NCBI RefSeq assembly: GCF_030144855.1 | Contig: NC_082722.1 | Span: 21,080,001 to 21,144,000 of the forward strand | Source of the DNA: Hypanus sabinus | Lineage: Eukaryota | Length of the DNA: 64,000 bases | Direction: 5' to 3' | In this document: in pieces, positions 37,900-52,130 of the stretch | Numbering within the stretch: the stretch's first letter is position 1 | Layout: each line of letters begins with the position of its first letter | Notes under the pieces: model-generated | The model's database searches: none | Seen by the model: the letters and a program-made list of their open reading frames with translations, nothing else | What the model was told of the DNA's origin: nothing | Position numbers and translations under genes: made by a program

Positions 37900-38100
37900 G
37901 GGCTGAAAACTTGCGCTACGGTCTATCTCTCACGCACAGAGCAATGCGATGCTAATGTTGCAAATGGTTACTTTAATTATCGCCGATGTTCAAATTGACA
38001 TGCTGTTTCAATTCAGCCTGTTTGAATAATTGTATAAAAAGTTTGGTAAATAAACTTTGGTAGATGCCACCTCATACCTAGAAGATTGAAAGGTGGAGCT
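37900..38100. repeat. Innermost detectable inverted-homology block (pairs with about 51105-51300)
   Basis: gcaatgcgatgctaatgttgcaaat...ctagaagattgaaaggtggag mirrors ctccacctttcaaccttctagg...tagtatcgcattgc. Confidence 0.75.
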
Positions 38101-39954
38101 TTTTACCTGGGTACCAGTGCCTTCCTGCTTTGCAGTAACTTCGGTCATTGTTGGAATAACCCAAATACGAAGTACTGCTCCAACTTTCGAGGCATTATCT
38201 GGGTATAAAAATTTTCGTGACGCTATTATGGAGTTGAGAAGATTTAGATTTTCCCGGTTTTGTCCCCCCTTTTTAATTTAAAAACTTTAATTTCAGTGAA
38301 ATCATCAACCATCTTCTAACACAAACCCTAGATGTAAAGCAAAGATAATGGTGACTGTGCAAAAGGGCAAAATGGGTGATCGGGTGAAACTTGTTTGCAT
38401 TTCCAGACATGTAGATTAGCACGCTTTGTAGTTAGTGAATTTTTGTAAAATATCATAGGATTTACATTGTTGTACCGGGTTAAAATGTTTGCTTTCACAA
38501 TATCAATTATTTTTTTTTAAATTACATATTTCTAGCAATATACGAATATCCACAAAAATTCCCACATTAAGATCCACGCTCGACATTTTTGCACAGTCAC
38601 TACGAACTGAGGAGCCATTTGTATTCCCGCCAAATTTTGAAAGGATATTCCGGTGGGAAGTTAAAATGTGCATTGTAAATATTTCACAACTAAATATGTA
38701 CTGCAGCCAAAATGGCTTTTTTTTCTGTTTAGCAAAGTACTAAGATTCTGTAGAATTAACATGTTATTTGCTTCGCTTACTGCAGTACTTCTGCTCCTAA
38801 TTCAAAAATTTTAGAAACTAAAGAAACCGTTTCATCTCACCAAATTGGTTTGATTCTCACCTCCAATCAATCATTTATGCTTACACATCTAAGGAGGTGG
38901 GGGGGGGGGGATCCGATGAACCTTTTATCATGATGCAAACTCGATTTTATTATCCAAAGTAAGATCGCCTGAAGTAACAATCTGAACGTGTGTAGCAGTA
39001 CCCGTTTTTCTAATATTCTGTTTAGTGTATTACATTCACCTTCATCTTTCGTGAATCTTATCCCGTCTCATCTAAAGTGTGTTTATTCTTCCAGTCTGAG
39101 TTGCATTGTGCTTTCAGCTACTTCAGAAGTACCGGTTACAAAATCTACCTCAAGCTATTTACCAACTTTTTGCTCTGCGCCCGATTCTGAAGATAACCAT
39201 ACGGCTCGGTGCGATGGTTCTACCTCCAGGATAGTACCACTGAAGGGATTTCTTCATACATGAATAGGTATTGTATGTATAGCTATATCCGGTACTTTGA
39301 TAACAGAATCAATTCAGAATTGACTTACTTTCCTTCTGTTCGCCCTAACGAAGCAGTAACACCTACCGAGCATCCAGCCTCAGGAAAATAGTGCCTTCTC
39401 ATTGACGTGACTATATAATAGCGATTATTGAAAATGTCATTTTGTTAATTTCAATTCAGTTTCACAATATTATGAAAGCCATGAATTTTTCATACAGTGT
39501 GTACTCATGATGTGGGTCACCACGCGCTTCTATGTTTGCTGTTTATGTTGGGTTAAGTACCAGATAATCCGATGAAAGGTGAAGCTTTGATTTAGAAACA
39601 TTGTATCATTTAATTCAAACTTAATTCTGTGGGTTATTTTGGATGATCCAACACAAAGTTACGTGTGGCTTCGAGAATCAGCAAACGCATTACAAATATT
39701 GCCAACGTATACTTGAACGTTTCTGTAGAATTCCATTGCTCAACTTATATTCTACACTGTTTTGTTTGAAGTAAAGCCCAATACAATTGTGTTCTACGAC
39801 TCACTCATATCATTTAATCGCTAAAGGAACATCGGACTGATATTTGAAGACAGCTTAAACAGTAGAATGTTTTCTTGAACCTAAATTTCCTTATTTGTCT
39901 CCACCTTCATTTTTGCATTGAGCTAATCACGTGTTTTTATTTTATCTCACTCTG

Positions 39955-42900
39955 TTTTTCTTTTTTTTGTAATTTATTTTTATTGGTTTATCATTAAACA
40001 AACATTTCCATAAGATGTATTCCAGACATTGTACATATGTATCATATAATCATATATATGACAAATCTCCACAAAGTATTTATCTGAGGTCTACACTTAT
40101 ACAAAAGAGTGGAAAGAAAAAAACAAGCAAAAGAAAAAAACAACATACAAGTAGGGATTGATCTTTTAACATATTCATTGATTTGAGAGAATAAAATCAG
40201 GTTCATGAGGCATTATGTAGTTAAAACATATTTCACAGTATGCATCAAATTGTTCCAGCTTATGATTAACAGATGCTGTTATCTTCTCCATTTGGTAAAT
40301 GTCCATTGTAATTTCCATCCATGCATTTAAAGTTGGGCTGTCCTGTGATAGCCGTTTCCTAGTAAGAGTCTTTTTTTTACCAGGAACCAACAGTATATTC
40401 ATTAAATATTTATCTACTTTCATTCATTCTTGAGGTATATATATATAAAATATATGGTCTTACCCTCTAAGTGTATTTCATATTTAAAGATGTCTTGTAG
40501 GGCATTGTGTATCCCTCTCCAATAGTTTTTGATAATAGGGCAGTCTCAAAAATATAATAATGATTTGCGCTTTGATCTCCACAATTTCTCCAGCAAACAG
40601 GGAGGTTACTATCATAATGGGATTTCTGAGAAGGTGTAAAAAATATCTTATCAAGTTTTTTTCCATCCAAACTCCCTCCATTTCTGTGAACTGGTACACT
40701 TCCATTGATATCTCCATATTGTTGTCCATTTTTCCTCATATAATTATCCCTCCTTCCTTCTCCCATTTTGTCTTAACGCATGGTCAAATGTGTTTTAAGA
40801 TTTGACAACTCCTTATACATGCTCGAAATGATTCTACTACCGTTATCTGAATTATATGCTTTTCTAAATAGCTCTGTCAAGCATGCACTTGACGTGGTTA
40901 CATTTTAAGCGTCTTATTAACACATTGTCGCATCTGTAAATACCGATAAAAAATCTTGATTTTCTAATAAGTGTTTCTCTTTAAGCATTTCAAAACTGAA
41001 CAGTGTTCCTTCTATCATTATGTTGCAAAAATCTGTTATTCCTTTAGCTGTTCAGTCCTTAAATCTAGCATCCAATTTATCTGGTGTAAAATCCGAGTCA
41101 TATGCACACCGTTTATGAATTGCAATATCTCCCTCAAGATTATATTCTTTTATAGTAGTTTTCCATATTTTAAGAGTCAATTTTACCCATGGGTTATCAA
41201 TAGTATTCATGCACCTTTGCAGGTTGTTATCAGCCAAAATTGTTTGTACAGGGATAGTAAGTACCCGCTCCTCAATGTTTTTCCATTGAGTGTCGTATGA
41301 TGGGTTGAACCAACATAGCACAGCTCTCAACTGTGCTGCAAAATAATAATCTCTTAGAGAAGGTAGGCCCCATCCCCCTTTTTACTTTGCTAATTGCAAA
41401 GTTTTGAGACGAACCCTAGGCCTTTTACCCTGCCAAATATACCTTCATAAAATCTTGTTCCATTCATTGACTTGATTTTGATTATTCTCTGTTGGTGGGT
41501 TTAGAAAGAGATATAACAGTCTGGGCAGTATATTCATTTTAATAGACTCAGTCCTTGAACTGAGAATGAAATAAGGAATCAGGTTCCATTTTGCCATATC
41601 TTCCTTAATTTTTATATAAAGTCTGATAATTACATTCTGAGAATTTTGCCGAATCTTTTGGCATAATGATGCCCAAATATTTCAAAGACTCTGTGTGCCA
41701 TGCCCAAGGATATCTACTTTCAATTTCTCTTGGTGGGTTATAGTAATATGAAAGTAATTGAGTTGTACCTATGTTGATCTTGTATCCTGATAATTGACCA
41801 TACTGTTCAAAGGATTGTATCAATATAGATAAAGAGTATGTTGGTTGCCCTAGATAGATCAAAATGTCATCCGCATAACAAGCCAATTTATGCCCTGTCC
41901 CTTTAATAGTAATTCCTCTGATATCTTCATTGTGTCTGATGTATGAAGCTAATGGTTCCAGATATAACGCAAAGATGCACAACCCTGTCTGGTGCTCCTT
42001 TCTAGGGTAAGGCTATTTTAAAAATACCCATTGATTTTAATGCTAGCTGTAGGAATGTCATATAGTGCCTGTATATTTTTAATAATTGTGTGTTGGAAAT
42101 TAAATCTATGTAAAACTCTGTACAGAAAATTCCAATTAACCGAATCAAATACCATTTCAGCACCCACGCTTATCACTATTGCTTCGATTTTTTTTTGTGT
42201 GTATGATCCATAATGTCAAGTGTCCTCCGTGTATTTTCTTGTGTCTGGCGTTGTCGTATAAAATCTGTCTGATTGTTACGTATCAATATGGGTAGAAACT
42301 CCTCTAATTGTTTGGCCGTGATGGAGGTAAATAATCTACAATCTACATTAAGAACGGATATTGTTCTAAATGACCCGCATTCCATTTTATCCTTGCCTTC
42401 TTTTGGTATAGCTGAGATTATCGCTTCCTTCCAACTGGATGGCATTTGTGCCGTTTTTAGAGCCCAGTTCACTGTGTGGAGTAAAACAGGAATTAACTCA
42501 TTTTTAAATTCTTTGCACCAATCTGCCGTATACCCATCTGATCCTGTTGACTTGCTTAATTTCAGCCTACTAATTGCAGCTTTTGATTCAACTGAGAATC
42601 TTTATGTCCCTGTTAGGTCGAAAGGGAAGCTTAAAAGTTTGAGAGCGCCATGGTTTTCAAGGGATATTGGAAACCTGGGTCAGAAAAAGAGGGAGATCTA
42701 CAATAAATATAGGCAGCATGGAGTAAATGAAGTGCCCGAGGAATCTAAAGAATGCTAAAGGAATCTTAAGAAAGAAATTATAAAAGCTAAAATAAGATAT
42801 AAGGTTGCTTTGGTAAGTATGGTGAAAATAAATCCGAATGGTTTCTACAGTTATATTAATAGCAAAAGGATAGTAAGGGATCAAATTGGTCCCTTAGAGA

Positions 42901-45900
42901 ATAGGGAAGCTATGGAAACGTTAGCAATTAAAGAGGAGGAAGTACCGGCAATTTTAAGGAATAAAAAAGTGGATGAATCTCCGGGTCCTGGCAGGATATT
43001 CCCCAGGATCTTGAGGGAAGTTGGTGTAGAAATAGCAGGGGCTTTGACAGAAATATTTGAAATGTCATTCGAAACGGGGATGGCGCCGGAGCACCGGTGT
43101 ATTGGTCATATGGTTCCATTGTTTAAAAGGGTTCTGAGGTTAAACCTTGCAATTATAGGGCTGTCAGTTTGACCTGAGTGGTGGGGTAAATTAATTGAAA
43201 GGATTCTTAGAGCTGGTATATATAATTTTCTGGATAGGCAGAACAGTCAGCATTGATTTGTGCGTGGATGGTCATGTTCGCCAAATATTATTGAATTTTT
43301 TGAAGAGGTTACGAGGAAAGCTGACGAGGGTAAAGCAGTGGATCTTGTCTATATGGACATCAGTAAGGCCTTTGACAAGGTTCCGCCCGGAAGGTTAGTT
43401 AGGAAGGTTCAATCGTTAGATATTAATATTGAAGTAGTAAAATGGATTCAACAATGGCTAGATGGGAGATGCCAGAGAGTAGCGGTGGATAACTGTTTGT
43501 CAAGTTGGAGACCGCTGACTAGTGGTGTGCCTCATGGACCTGTATTGGGTCCATTGTTGTTTGTCATATACAGTAATGGTCTGGATGATGGGGTGGTAAA
43601 TTGGATAAGTAAGTATCCAGACGATACTAAGGTCGGTGGCGTTGTGGATAATCACGAAGGTTTTCAAAGCTTGCAGAGAGATTTATGCCAGTTAGAAGAG
43701 AGGGCTGAACGATGGCAGATGGAGTTTAATGCTGATAAGTGTGAGGTGCTACATATTGGTAGGAATAATCCAAATAGGACATAAATGGAAAATGGACGGG
43801 CATTGAATAATGCAATAGAACAGTGATCAAGGAACAATGGTGCATAGTTCCCTGAAGATAGAATCTCATTTGGATAGGGGAGTGAAGAAAGTTTTTTTGT
43901 ATGCTGGCCTTTATAAATCAGAGCACCGAGTACAGATGTTGGGATGCAATATAAAAATTGTACAAGGCATTGGTAAGGCCGAATTTGGAGTATTGTGTAC
44001 AGTTCTCGTCACCGAATTATAGGAAAGATATTAAAAAAATACAGAGAGTACAGAGAAGATTTACTAGAATGTTACCTGGGTTTCAGCACCTAAGTTACAA
44101 GGAAAGGTTGAACAGGTTGTCTTTAGTCTTTGGAGCGTAGAAGGTGGAGTTGGGACTTGATAGATGTATTTAAAATAATGAGGGGGATAGATTGAGTTGA
44201 CGTGGATCGGCTTTTTTCTATTGAAATTAGGGGAGAATCAAACAAGAGGACATGATTTGAGCGTTGGGGGCCAAAGTTTAAGGGTAACACGAGGGGGAAT
44301 TTCTTTACCCTGAGAGTGGTAGCTTTGTGGCATGAGCTTCCAGTAGAAGTGGTAGAGGCAGATTCGGTATTGTCATATAAAGAAAAATTGGATAGGTATA
44401 TGGACAGGAAAGGAATGGAGGGTTATGGGCTGAGCGCGGGCCAGTGGGCATTGGTGAGAGTAAGCGTCGGAACGGACTAGAAGGGCAGAGAGGGCGTGTT
44501 TCCGTGTTGTCATTTGTATATGGTTATATGGTTAACTTCACTTATGTCAGCAGTCATCGTTCTATTTAGTTTTTCGCTTAAAGTGGTAACTCTAGGGAAT
44601 TCAAGAAGGTGTCAATTTGTGATATGCTTCCCCTGGAACTTTGGAATATAGAGTTTTGTAAAACACTTCAAATGCTTCTTGAATTTCGCTCAGCTTATTT
44701 TTTTAATCATTTTCCTTCATGAGTCCATAATTCCATGAATTGTATTTTCTGCTATCTTTTTTTCAGTTTCCCCGCCAGTATTTTCATAGATTTTGATCCA
44801 CTTTCATAACGCCTCTGTTTCCGAAACGTTATTTTTTTCCTGGTTTCTTGCGTAGCCAAACTATTAATTCCTAATTATTTTAATTCCCCCTGATGAATCC
44901 AATGCCAAATTCAATTTGTGTTTTTCTCTAGTTCCTTCAGCCTATTGTGTAATTCCTCTAATGTTTTATTCCTTATTATTTTTCCTTATATGAAGATATC
45001 GCTATAATTATCCCCCTTAAGACCGACTTCAGAGTATCCCATTGAGGTAAAAACTCTTCATTATCATCAAATTCTAAGTACAGACCAATTTTTTTTTTCA
45101 ATTTGTTCCTTAAAGTACGGATCATTGAGTAGACTTGAAATTAGTTTCCAAATAGTATTCTTTGGTTGCAGGTCAAAATCAACAGACAAATATATAGGTG
45201 CATGGTCACTTACATCTATTGTCCCAATTCCACAGGTGTTTATTTTGTCTTTGTCCTTTTCAAATGTTATGAAATAGTCAATTCTTGTATATACAGAATG
45301 GGGAGCAGAATAATGAGTGTAATCCCTTCTGCCAGGGAAAAGGTCCCACAATATATCAATTAAACCATCATCCTCAAAAAGTGCATTAGCTTTCTTATGT
45401 AAAGCCTTTGATTTGTAAGTTTTTCTATTGGAAGAGTCTAAGTTTGGTTATAATTGTAAATCTAGGGCACCCCCACACATCAGGAGACCCTCTGTTTCTG
45501 TTACATAATATCAGTAATTTTCTGAAAGAAACCAATATCACTTCACGGGGGTGCGTATATATTCAGTAGAGTAACTGAATTTCCGTCTATATTCCTCCTT
45601 ACCAGAATATATCTGCCCTCTTTATCTCCCATTTCGATTTTTTTCTCAAAATTTTGCTTAATTGAGATAGGAAGAGCAATTCCTCTCCTGTGTCTTGATT
45701 TATATGAGGAGAAAAACAAATTAGAGAAACACATTCTATTTAGTATTTTGTGCTCATTATCACTTAAATGAGTTTCCTGTAAATATACTACATGGGCTTG
45801 TTCTATTTTTCATTTTGGATAAAATTCTATTACGTTTGATTGGTATTAATAGCCCATTCTCATTGAAAGAAATTAATTTCACTTTGTCCTTAGCCATCTG

Positions 45901-46163
45901 TATTAACCTGTCAATGTATCACTGAAATCAGCAAAATAAAACTTATTCGATCTACTGCCTGAGCAAATAAGAACTAAGAAACGCAAATAATAACACAAAA
46001 GGCAATGGAGGTGTGATTCCAAGGCTGAGATCTGTAGTAGATGACCCTGGAATGCGCTAGAGGAAAAGTCTAGCTGTTTGGGATAACACCTCCTACTTGT
46101 GAGTTGAGGGCCCCCATTGCAGAATTCATAAAAGTCAGCGAAAAAATCCATTACACAGAAAAG
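39955..46163 (-). mobile_element. Long L1-clade LINE (APE + RT ORF2, frameshifted) with nested CR1
   Basis: ORF2 start MAKDKVKLISFN at about 45897, YLQETH, TRIDYF/SDHAP, PGSDGY, IPKEGKD and LACYADD; poly-A tail at about 39955. The 5' part runs into the N-gap. Confidence 0.9.
42594..44533 (+). mobile_element. CR1 LINE nested in the L1
   Basis: 174-aa RT ORF (DISKAFDKVP, VPHGPVLGP, YPDD) and tatggt tail; flanked by an AACT duplication. Confidence 0.92.
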
Positions 46164-46322
46164 NNNNNNNNNNNNNNNNNNNNNNNNNNNNNNNNNNNNN
46201 NNNNNNNNNNNNNNNNNNNNNNNNNNNNNNNNNNNNNNNNNNNNNNNNNNNNNNNNNNNNNNNNNNNNNNNNNNNNNNNNNNNNNNNNNNNNNNNNNNNN
46301 NNNNNNNNNNNNNNNNNNNNNN
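46164..46322. other. Assembly gap (159 N)
   Basis: Run of N. Confidence 1.
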
Positions 46323-48548
46323 GTGGGGAAAAAGAAGTAAGTGAGCGAATAAAGAAGAGTAACTGAGTAATCTAAAATGCACTTCATAATAAGTATTTCT
46401 CGAGATAGTTATATCACCAGCTACTTTTGCTTCCGATCAGTTTCTCTCCATTCTCTCCAAAATAGTTTTTCAACTACTGTCAGAAATTTTCTGTTCCACT
46501 TGCTTCTCTTTTGTACACTTGTGAAATCTGGTAACTTCGGGAATACTGTGAGGATCCATGGTGATACTTCATATAGTCAATTTAAATTCTCCCTCATATC
46601 TCCAAAGAAGCGATTCATCTGAATAAAAATACGGCCATTTGATACAGCAAGTATTATATTCAAGCCTCCGTATCAAAGACCTGAAAATCATTTTTTCTTC
46701 AGCAGTTATCGGAAAATTACAGTACTTTGCAAGAACTACACATCTGGCAATAAAATGGAAACAAGAGACTTCCGACGCTGGAACAGGGAGTAGCACAATA
46801 AACGCTGACGCAACTCAGCGCGCCGGGCAGCATCATGGGAAGGAAATTGACAGTCGACGGCTGGGGCCGAGGCTCTTCATCAGCATTTCATTGTAAAGCC
46901 AAGAAATTAGATATTGAGGAACATCGAAATTAAGCCTTCCTATCTTCATCCCTGGCCTTCTACGTTTCGCTTTTGTAACTGTTGAAAGTTTGATATTTTT
47001 TTAAATTTTATTTCTTATTATTTATATCAGTCATATTTGCATACTTGAAACTTTATAAATGATTTAAACACTTTAAGAAGAAATGTTTTTTTTTAATCTA
47101 TTTAAGACCTGTCTGTTAAGTTAATTCTCCGTTATATGTGCGGGTCATCTGTGCACCCCCAAACAGCTAGATACCACCTATAATGGTAAACTATAATGTG
47201 CATGGCCTCGTCCTATAGACCTTCCCAGATATTTCCATGATCACGAATACCGAGAGTTTCTACAGATAATATTGTTCTGATATCTTCCCAAGATTACTAA
47301 CGGGTTCTGCCAGGTTACGAATCCCCACACAATCAACACAGACAGAACAACACGGAAGAAAAGTAGATGTAGAAGTATTTGTAGAATACTGGATTAGATT
47401 GCCACCTTCTGTGAAGGGAAATGTAGGCTAGAGAGCTTTCACCACGCAATAAACCCGAAGAAAAACGTAATCTGGCATTTTCTACAATTGCTTCCTGAGC
47501 TGGTGTGGAGTCCTCATTTGCAACATAGAAGGCATTTGCTTACATCCACACGCAACTCACGCACACCAAATACTACCCAGCTTATTTACTACCTTGTTTA
47601 TTTGCATTTGTCATTTATAAATATAATGAAACTTCATGATCTTATAACAAACACCAGATGCCAGCCAATTAGCCCATTAGTACAATATGTGTATTTTTTC
47701 CTGCATCGCATCTCTCGAGCCTTCACGCTCGAACCATTTCAACATTTAATTCAAAAAAATCTTCAATACTCATTTTGTTAATCGACTATGCTGTGTAACA
47801 TTTCTGATATGCATTGATAATGCGGTATTAAATAAATGTACCGTGATAAAATGCCAGTGTCCACAATATCAATTTAGCCTTTGTTTTAATTGAGATTGCG
47901 AAAATTTCTTCCGTAGTTAATTTGAAATATTTCAAAACTTCTATCCACGTTCCAGATCTGTACTCTTGTTAAGAAACACATGACAACACCGTAAAACACA
48001 CTTAATTCGCCATTCAGCGTTCTGAGAATTTAATCGTACAGAAAATACTATGCATCTATAAACAATATTTGTCTAGAATTTTTTTAGGATTTGCGCTTAC
48101 ATTCATACAAGGCAATTTGTCCTCAGTTTCTTATCTTAACCTTAAGCGATATCGCCTACTTTCTGAGAGGCGACTGCTTTAGCTGAAAATAATCGACGAT
48201 TTTTCCAACTGGACATTTCCACGATACATTTGTTCGGTGGATTAAAGGAGAATTGCTCTCCTGGCATTGAATATTTAAGTTCTGAAGAACGGTCTCGGTC
48301 TGAAATGTCGATTGTTTAATTCAATTCCGCAGATGCTGCTTAAAGTGCTGAGTTGCTTCAGCAATTGATATACTGTAGCTCTAGATTTTCCACATCAGCA
48401 GAAAATACTGCGTTTATAAATTTTATCCTGCCTAGGATTACAAATTGCAATTATCCGATGTTCTTAGAAAAATATTCGAATATCTAAAATAGGTGTTTAA
48501 CTGATATAAAAGTGAATGATACACGTTTGTTGTTTCTGAATGACATAC

Positions 48549-48718
48549 CGTGAGTACAGAAACACACACTTTTCAGAAATTGGTTTACACTTAATTTACT
48601 TAAATTAACATTTTTACTTTTCACTTAAACTTTGAACGCGATACCGTGGTCACCTGCAACTTACTCGCCTGAGGCGGCGAAACTTCTGACCGCACGGAGT
48701 TTCCGTGATGTCACCAGC
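48549..48718 (-). promoter_or_regulatory. Second, same-orientation copy of the RUNX-ETS-CRE module
   Basis: TGACCGCA 48687-94 and TTCCGTGATGTCACCAGC 48701-18. Shares TTAATTTAAGTAA about 80 bp downstream with the 20.2-kb copy. Confidence 0.35.
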
Positions 48719-49811
48719 TAATGGTGAGTTCTGTCTGGATTAGCAAAAACTGGATGCACCTTGCCATTGCAAAGGTAGAAAAGTTCGCACTTGAGAATTA
48801 AAATCGCTTTTCACGTGCAGAATATGTGCTTCTTTCGACAAATGATTCGATTTCCATCGAGTTGAAAGAAAGTTAAACACAACTATATACACACACACAA
48901 TATTGCACAATAGGTTCTATACTTGCGGCATGAACATTTATTTAGAGATAGTTTTAAAATCGTACCATATCTTGATGGAGCACAGCGAAAAGAATAATTT
49001 TAAACACGTTCTGATTCTGAGCAATTCAGATAACATGACTCATGAGTGAGCCTTTAAACACACAAAAATGTTAGGTTATCAAAAGGAGTACAAAAGAGAA
49101 GAGAAACACAAAATTCCAGAGTTAAGGTTCGGCATTGTTTGCCGAGGAAAAGAGAGGATTATTGGAGGTTGGGAGACAGGGTACACCGCAAATCAGCCGA
49201 GCTATACTTTTAGCTCTAGAGTGGACCTCAGAAAGGGGATAGAGTCTGGAGGAACAAAAGCACAGAGATTTGAAAGGATGAATGACAATCATAAATTCCG
49301 TGTTTTGTTTCACTAAGTGGCAGAGTGGATCGGTGAGCGCTTGGATCTCAGATAAACGGGTCGCGAACACAAATCATAACCAGTCACGCGGTGATGCAGT
49401 TCCAGTTCCTAGAACTAGTCATCCACATTGGCACCCATATATAGTCCCCCAGTAATATCCTCTCGCTCAGGAGTGCACAAAGAAACACAAAGGCAGACAT
49501 TTCTTCTGCATCTACTCAGTGGAAGAATATGACCTTCCTTGAAGACATCCTCAGGATCTAGGCAGATTAGATGTCATCAAGGAAGCCTTTAACGCCTGGC
49601 TCAGAGTTGGAGACCTCTTCCCAGAACAATGTAGTTCTACTTGGTATAGTGGACCAGATGGTCAACAGAAAAAATAGCAAAAATACAGAATAAGAAAACG
49701 AACAAAGGTAAGACGATTCCTGCAGAAAATGCCAAGAAAAACCAAAAACAATCAAAAAGATAACAGGATCTTAAAGGAGTTGAAGTCAATCCGACTACTT
49801 ACAAAAATTTG

Positions 49812-49849
49812 CTGTCCTGACGAAAAGTCTCAGACCGAAACGTCGACAG
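49812..49849 (+). ncRNA. Minimal hammerhead ribozyme motif in Penelope pLTR
   Basis: CTGTC-CTGACGA-AAAGTCTCAGACC-GAAAC-GTC^GACAG: 5-bp stem I, weakened stem II. Confidence 0.6.
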
Positions 49850-50430
49850 TGCTTCTCCTGTAGATGCTGCCTGGCCTGCTGTGTTCCACCAGCATTTGTG
49901 TGTGTTGCTTGAATTTCCAGCATCAGCAGATTTCCTCCGGTTTGTTTACTAAAATCTTGTTTTAAGTTTCTAACTCAGAAATGGAACCATACCTCATGAT
50001 AAATGCTTGTCTGGTTCAGTTTGGGAGTCAGAGTCTTACAAGCTAGATTACACCTAATCCATTATTACAAATGGGACAATTAATAATAACCGTTTGCATA
50101 TAAATATTACACGATAAACAAGCAAAAACTACTTATTTAATAGATGTAGGCAGACCTAGCACACACAATATACAGAAATCAATTATTGAAAATCAAATGA
50201 AATTAAGGAGAAAATTGAAAGACTACGGAACATGAACAAGGTATACCTGTCCCAGTCCTGATATCTACAATCATAAAGTCATTACACAAAAGCATTAAAC
50301 AATTAGGTCTTCACAGTAGTATTTATTGAAAGCCACAATGCAAAACACCAGTCTGAATTTTACAAGTGGTTGAGAAATTAACTTGGTTGGCTATTCTCGC
50401 ACTTCTGGCTATACCAGCACGAAATAATAA

Positions 50431-52130
50431 CATAGAACATAGAACAATACAGCACAGAACAGGCCCTTTCCGCCCACAAAGCTGTGTCGACCCTTAAATC
50501 CTGCTTCCCATATAACCTTCCACCTGAACTTCCTTCATATATCTGTCTAGTAGTCTCTTAAATTTAACCACTGACTCAGGCAGTTCATTCCACGCACCAA
50601 CCACTCTCTGGGTAAAAACCTTCCTCTAATATCCCCCTTGAACTTTCCACCCCTTACATTAAAGCCATGTCCTCTTGTATTGAGCAGTTGTGCCCTGGGG
50701 AAGAGGCGCTGTCTGTCCACTCTTTCTATACTTCTTAATATCTTGTATTACTCTATCATGTCTCCTCTCATTCTCCTTCTCTCCAGAGAGTAAAGCCCTA
50801 GCTCCCTTAATCTCTGATCATAATGCATACTCTCTAAACCAGGCAACACCCATGTAAATCTCCTCTGTGCCCTTTCCAATGCTTCCACATCCTTCCTATA
50901 GTGATGCGACCAGAACTGGACACAATACTCCAAGAGTGGCCTAAACGGAGTTTTATAGAACTGCATCATTACCCCGCGACACTTAAACTCTATCCCTCGT
51001 TTTATGATAGCTTACACTCCATAAGCTTTCTTAGCTACCCTATCTACCTGTGAGGCTACATTCAGGGATCCATGGACATGTACCCCCAGATCCCTCTGCT
51101 CCTCCACCTTTCAACCTTCTAGGTCTGAGGTGGCAAATTTTTGATCGAAGTTTATTCCTAATATTTTTTGGAATTATTCAAACAGCCTGAATCTACAGCC
51201 TACAGAAACAGCAGGACAATTTGACTATCAGCAATAATTAAAATGATCGTTTGTAACATTAGTATCGCATTGCTCTGCATGCGAGAGATGGACCATAGGA
51301 TGTAAAACTTGGCTGAGGAGTGGTAGATTGTGTTCAACCCCAAAAAGTTTGAAATGGTAGGTCAAATATGATGGCAGCATATATATTTTTAATGGTAAGA
51401 CTGGTAAAACTTTTGGCAGTGCGGAGAATCACAGGGATCTTGGTGTCCGAGGCCATAGGACGCTCAAAGCAGCTGCACAGTTTGACTCTGTGGTTAAGAA
51501 TGCGTACGGTGTATTGGCCTTCATCAATCGTGGAATTGAATTTAGGAGCCGAGAGGTAATGTTGCAGCTATATAGGAACTTGGTCAGACTCCAGTTGGAG
51601 TACTCTGCTCATTTCTAGTCGCCTCACTACAGTAATGACGTGGAAGCCATAGAAAGTGTGTAGAGGAGATTTACAAGAATCTTGCCTGGTTTGGGGAGGA
51701 TGCCTTATGAGAATAGGTTGAGTGAACTCGGCCGTTTCTCATTGGAGCGTAGGAGGATGAGAGGTGACCTGATAGAGGTGTAAAAAATGTTCAGAGGCAT
51801 TGATCGTGAGGATAGTGGGAGGCTTTTCCCAGGGCTAAAATGGTTGCCACAAGAGGACACAGGTTTAAGGTTCTGGGGAGTAAGTACAGAGGACCTGTCA
51901 GCGGTTGGTTTATTTAATCGGAGAGTGGTGAGTGCGTGGAATGTGCTGCCAGCAACGCTGGTGGAGGCTGAGGTTTGTAAGATGTTTCTTTTAGAAAGTT
52001 ACATGGAGCTTAGTATAATAGAGTGCTATAGGTAAGCCTACTAATTTCTAAGGCAGATACATCCTCGGCAAAAGTTTGATGACCGAAGAGCCCGTATTGT
52101 GCTGTATTTTTTTTTATCTTTCTATGTTTC
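50431..52130. mobile_element. Two CR1 3' fragments (minus 50431-51106, plus 51300-52130)
   Basis: LLEYCVQFWSHHYRKDVEAL motif; catagaa and ttctatg tails. Confidence 0.85.

Noticed and set aside
38107-38198. 92-nt minus-strand segment with AG/GT borders (DNASKVGAVLRIW...)
   Set aside because: No recognisable domain, and no matching intact segment in the right arm.
47350-47545. Minus-strand frame containing LAYISL (ITIM consensus) and a 19/20-bp match to 9829-9848
   Set aside because: Poor acceptor and no flanking homology to copy A. The plus strand looks like an LTR end (AATAAA...tttgcaaca).
50367-50430. Short hydrophobic frame (EKLTWLAILALLAIP) next to a CR1
   Set aside because: Too short for a TM, no donor, and only superficial similarity to the TM exons.
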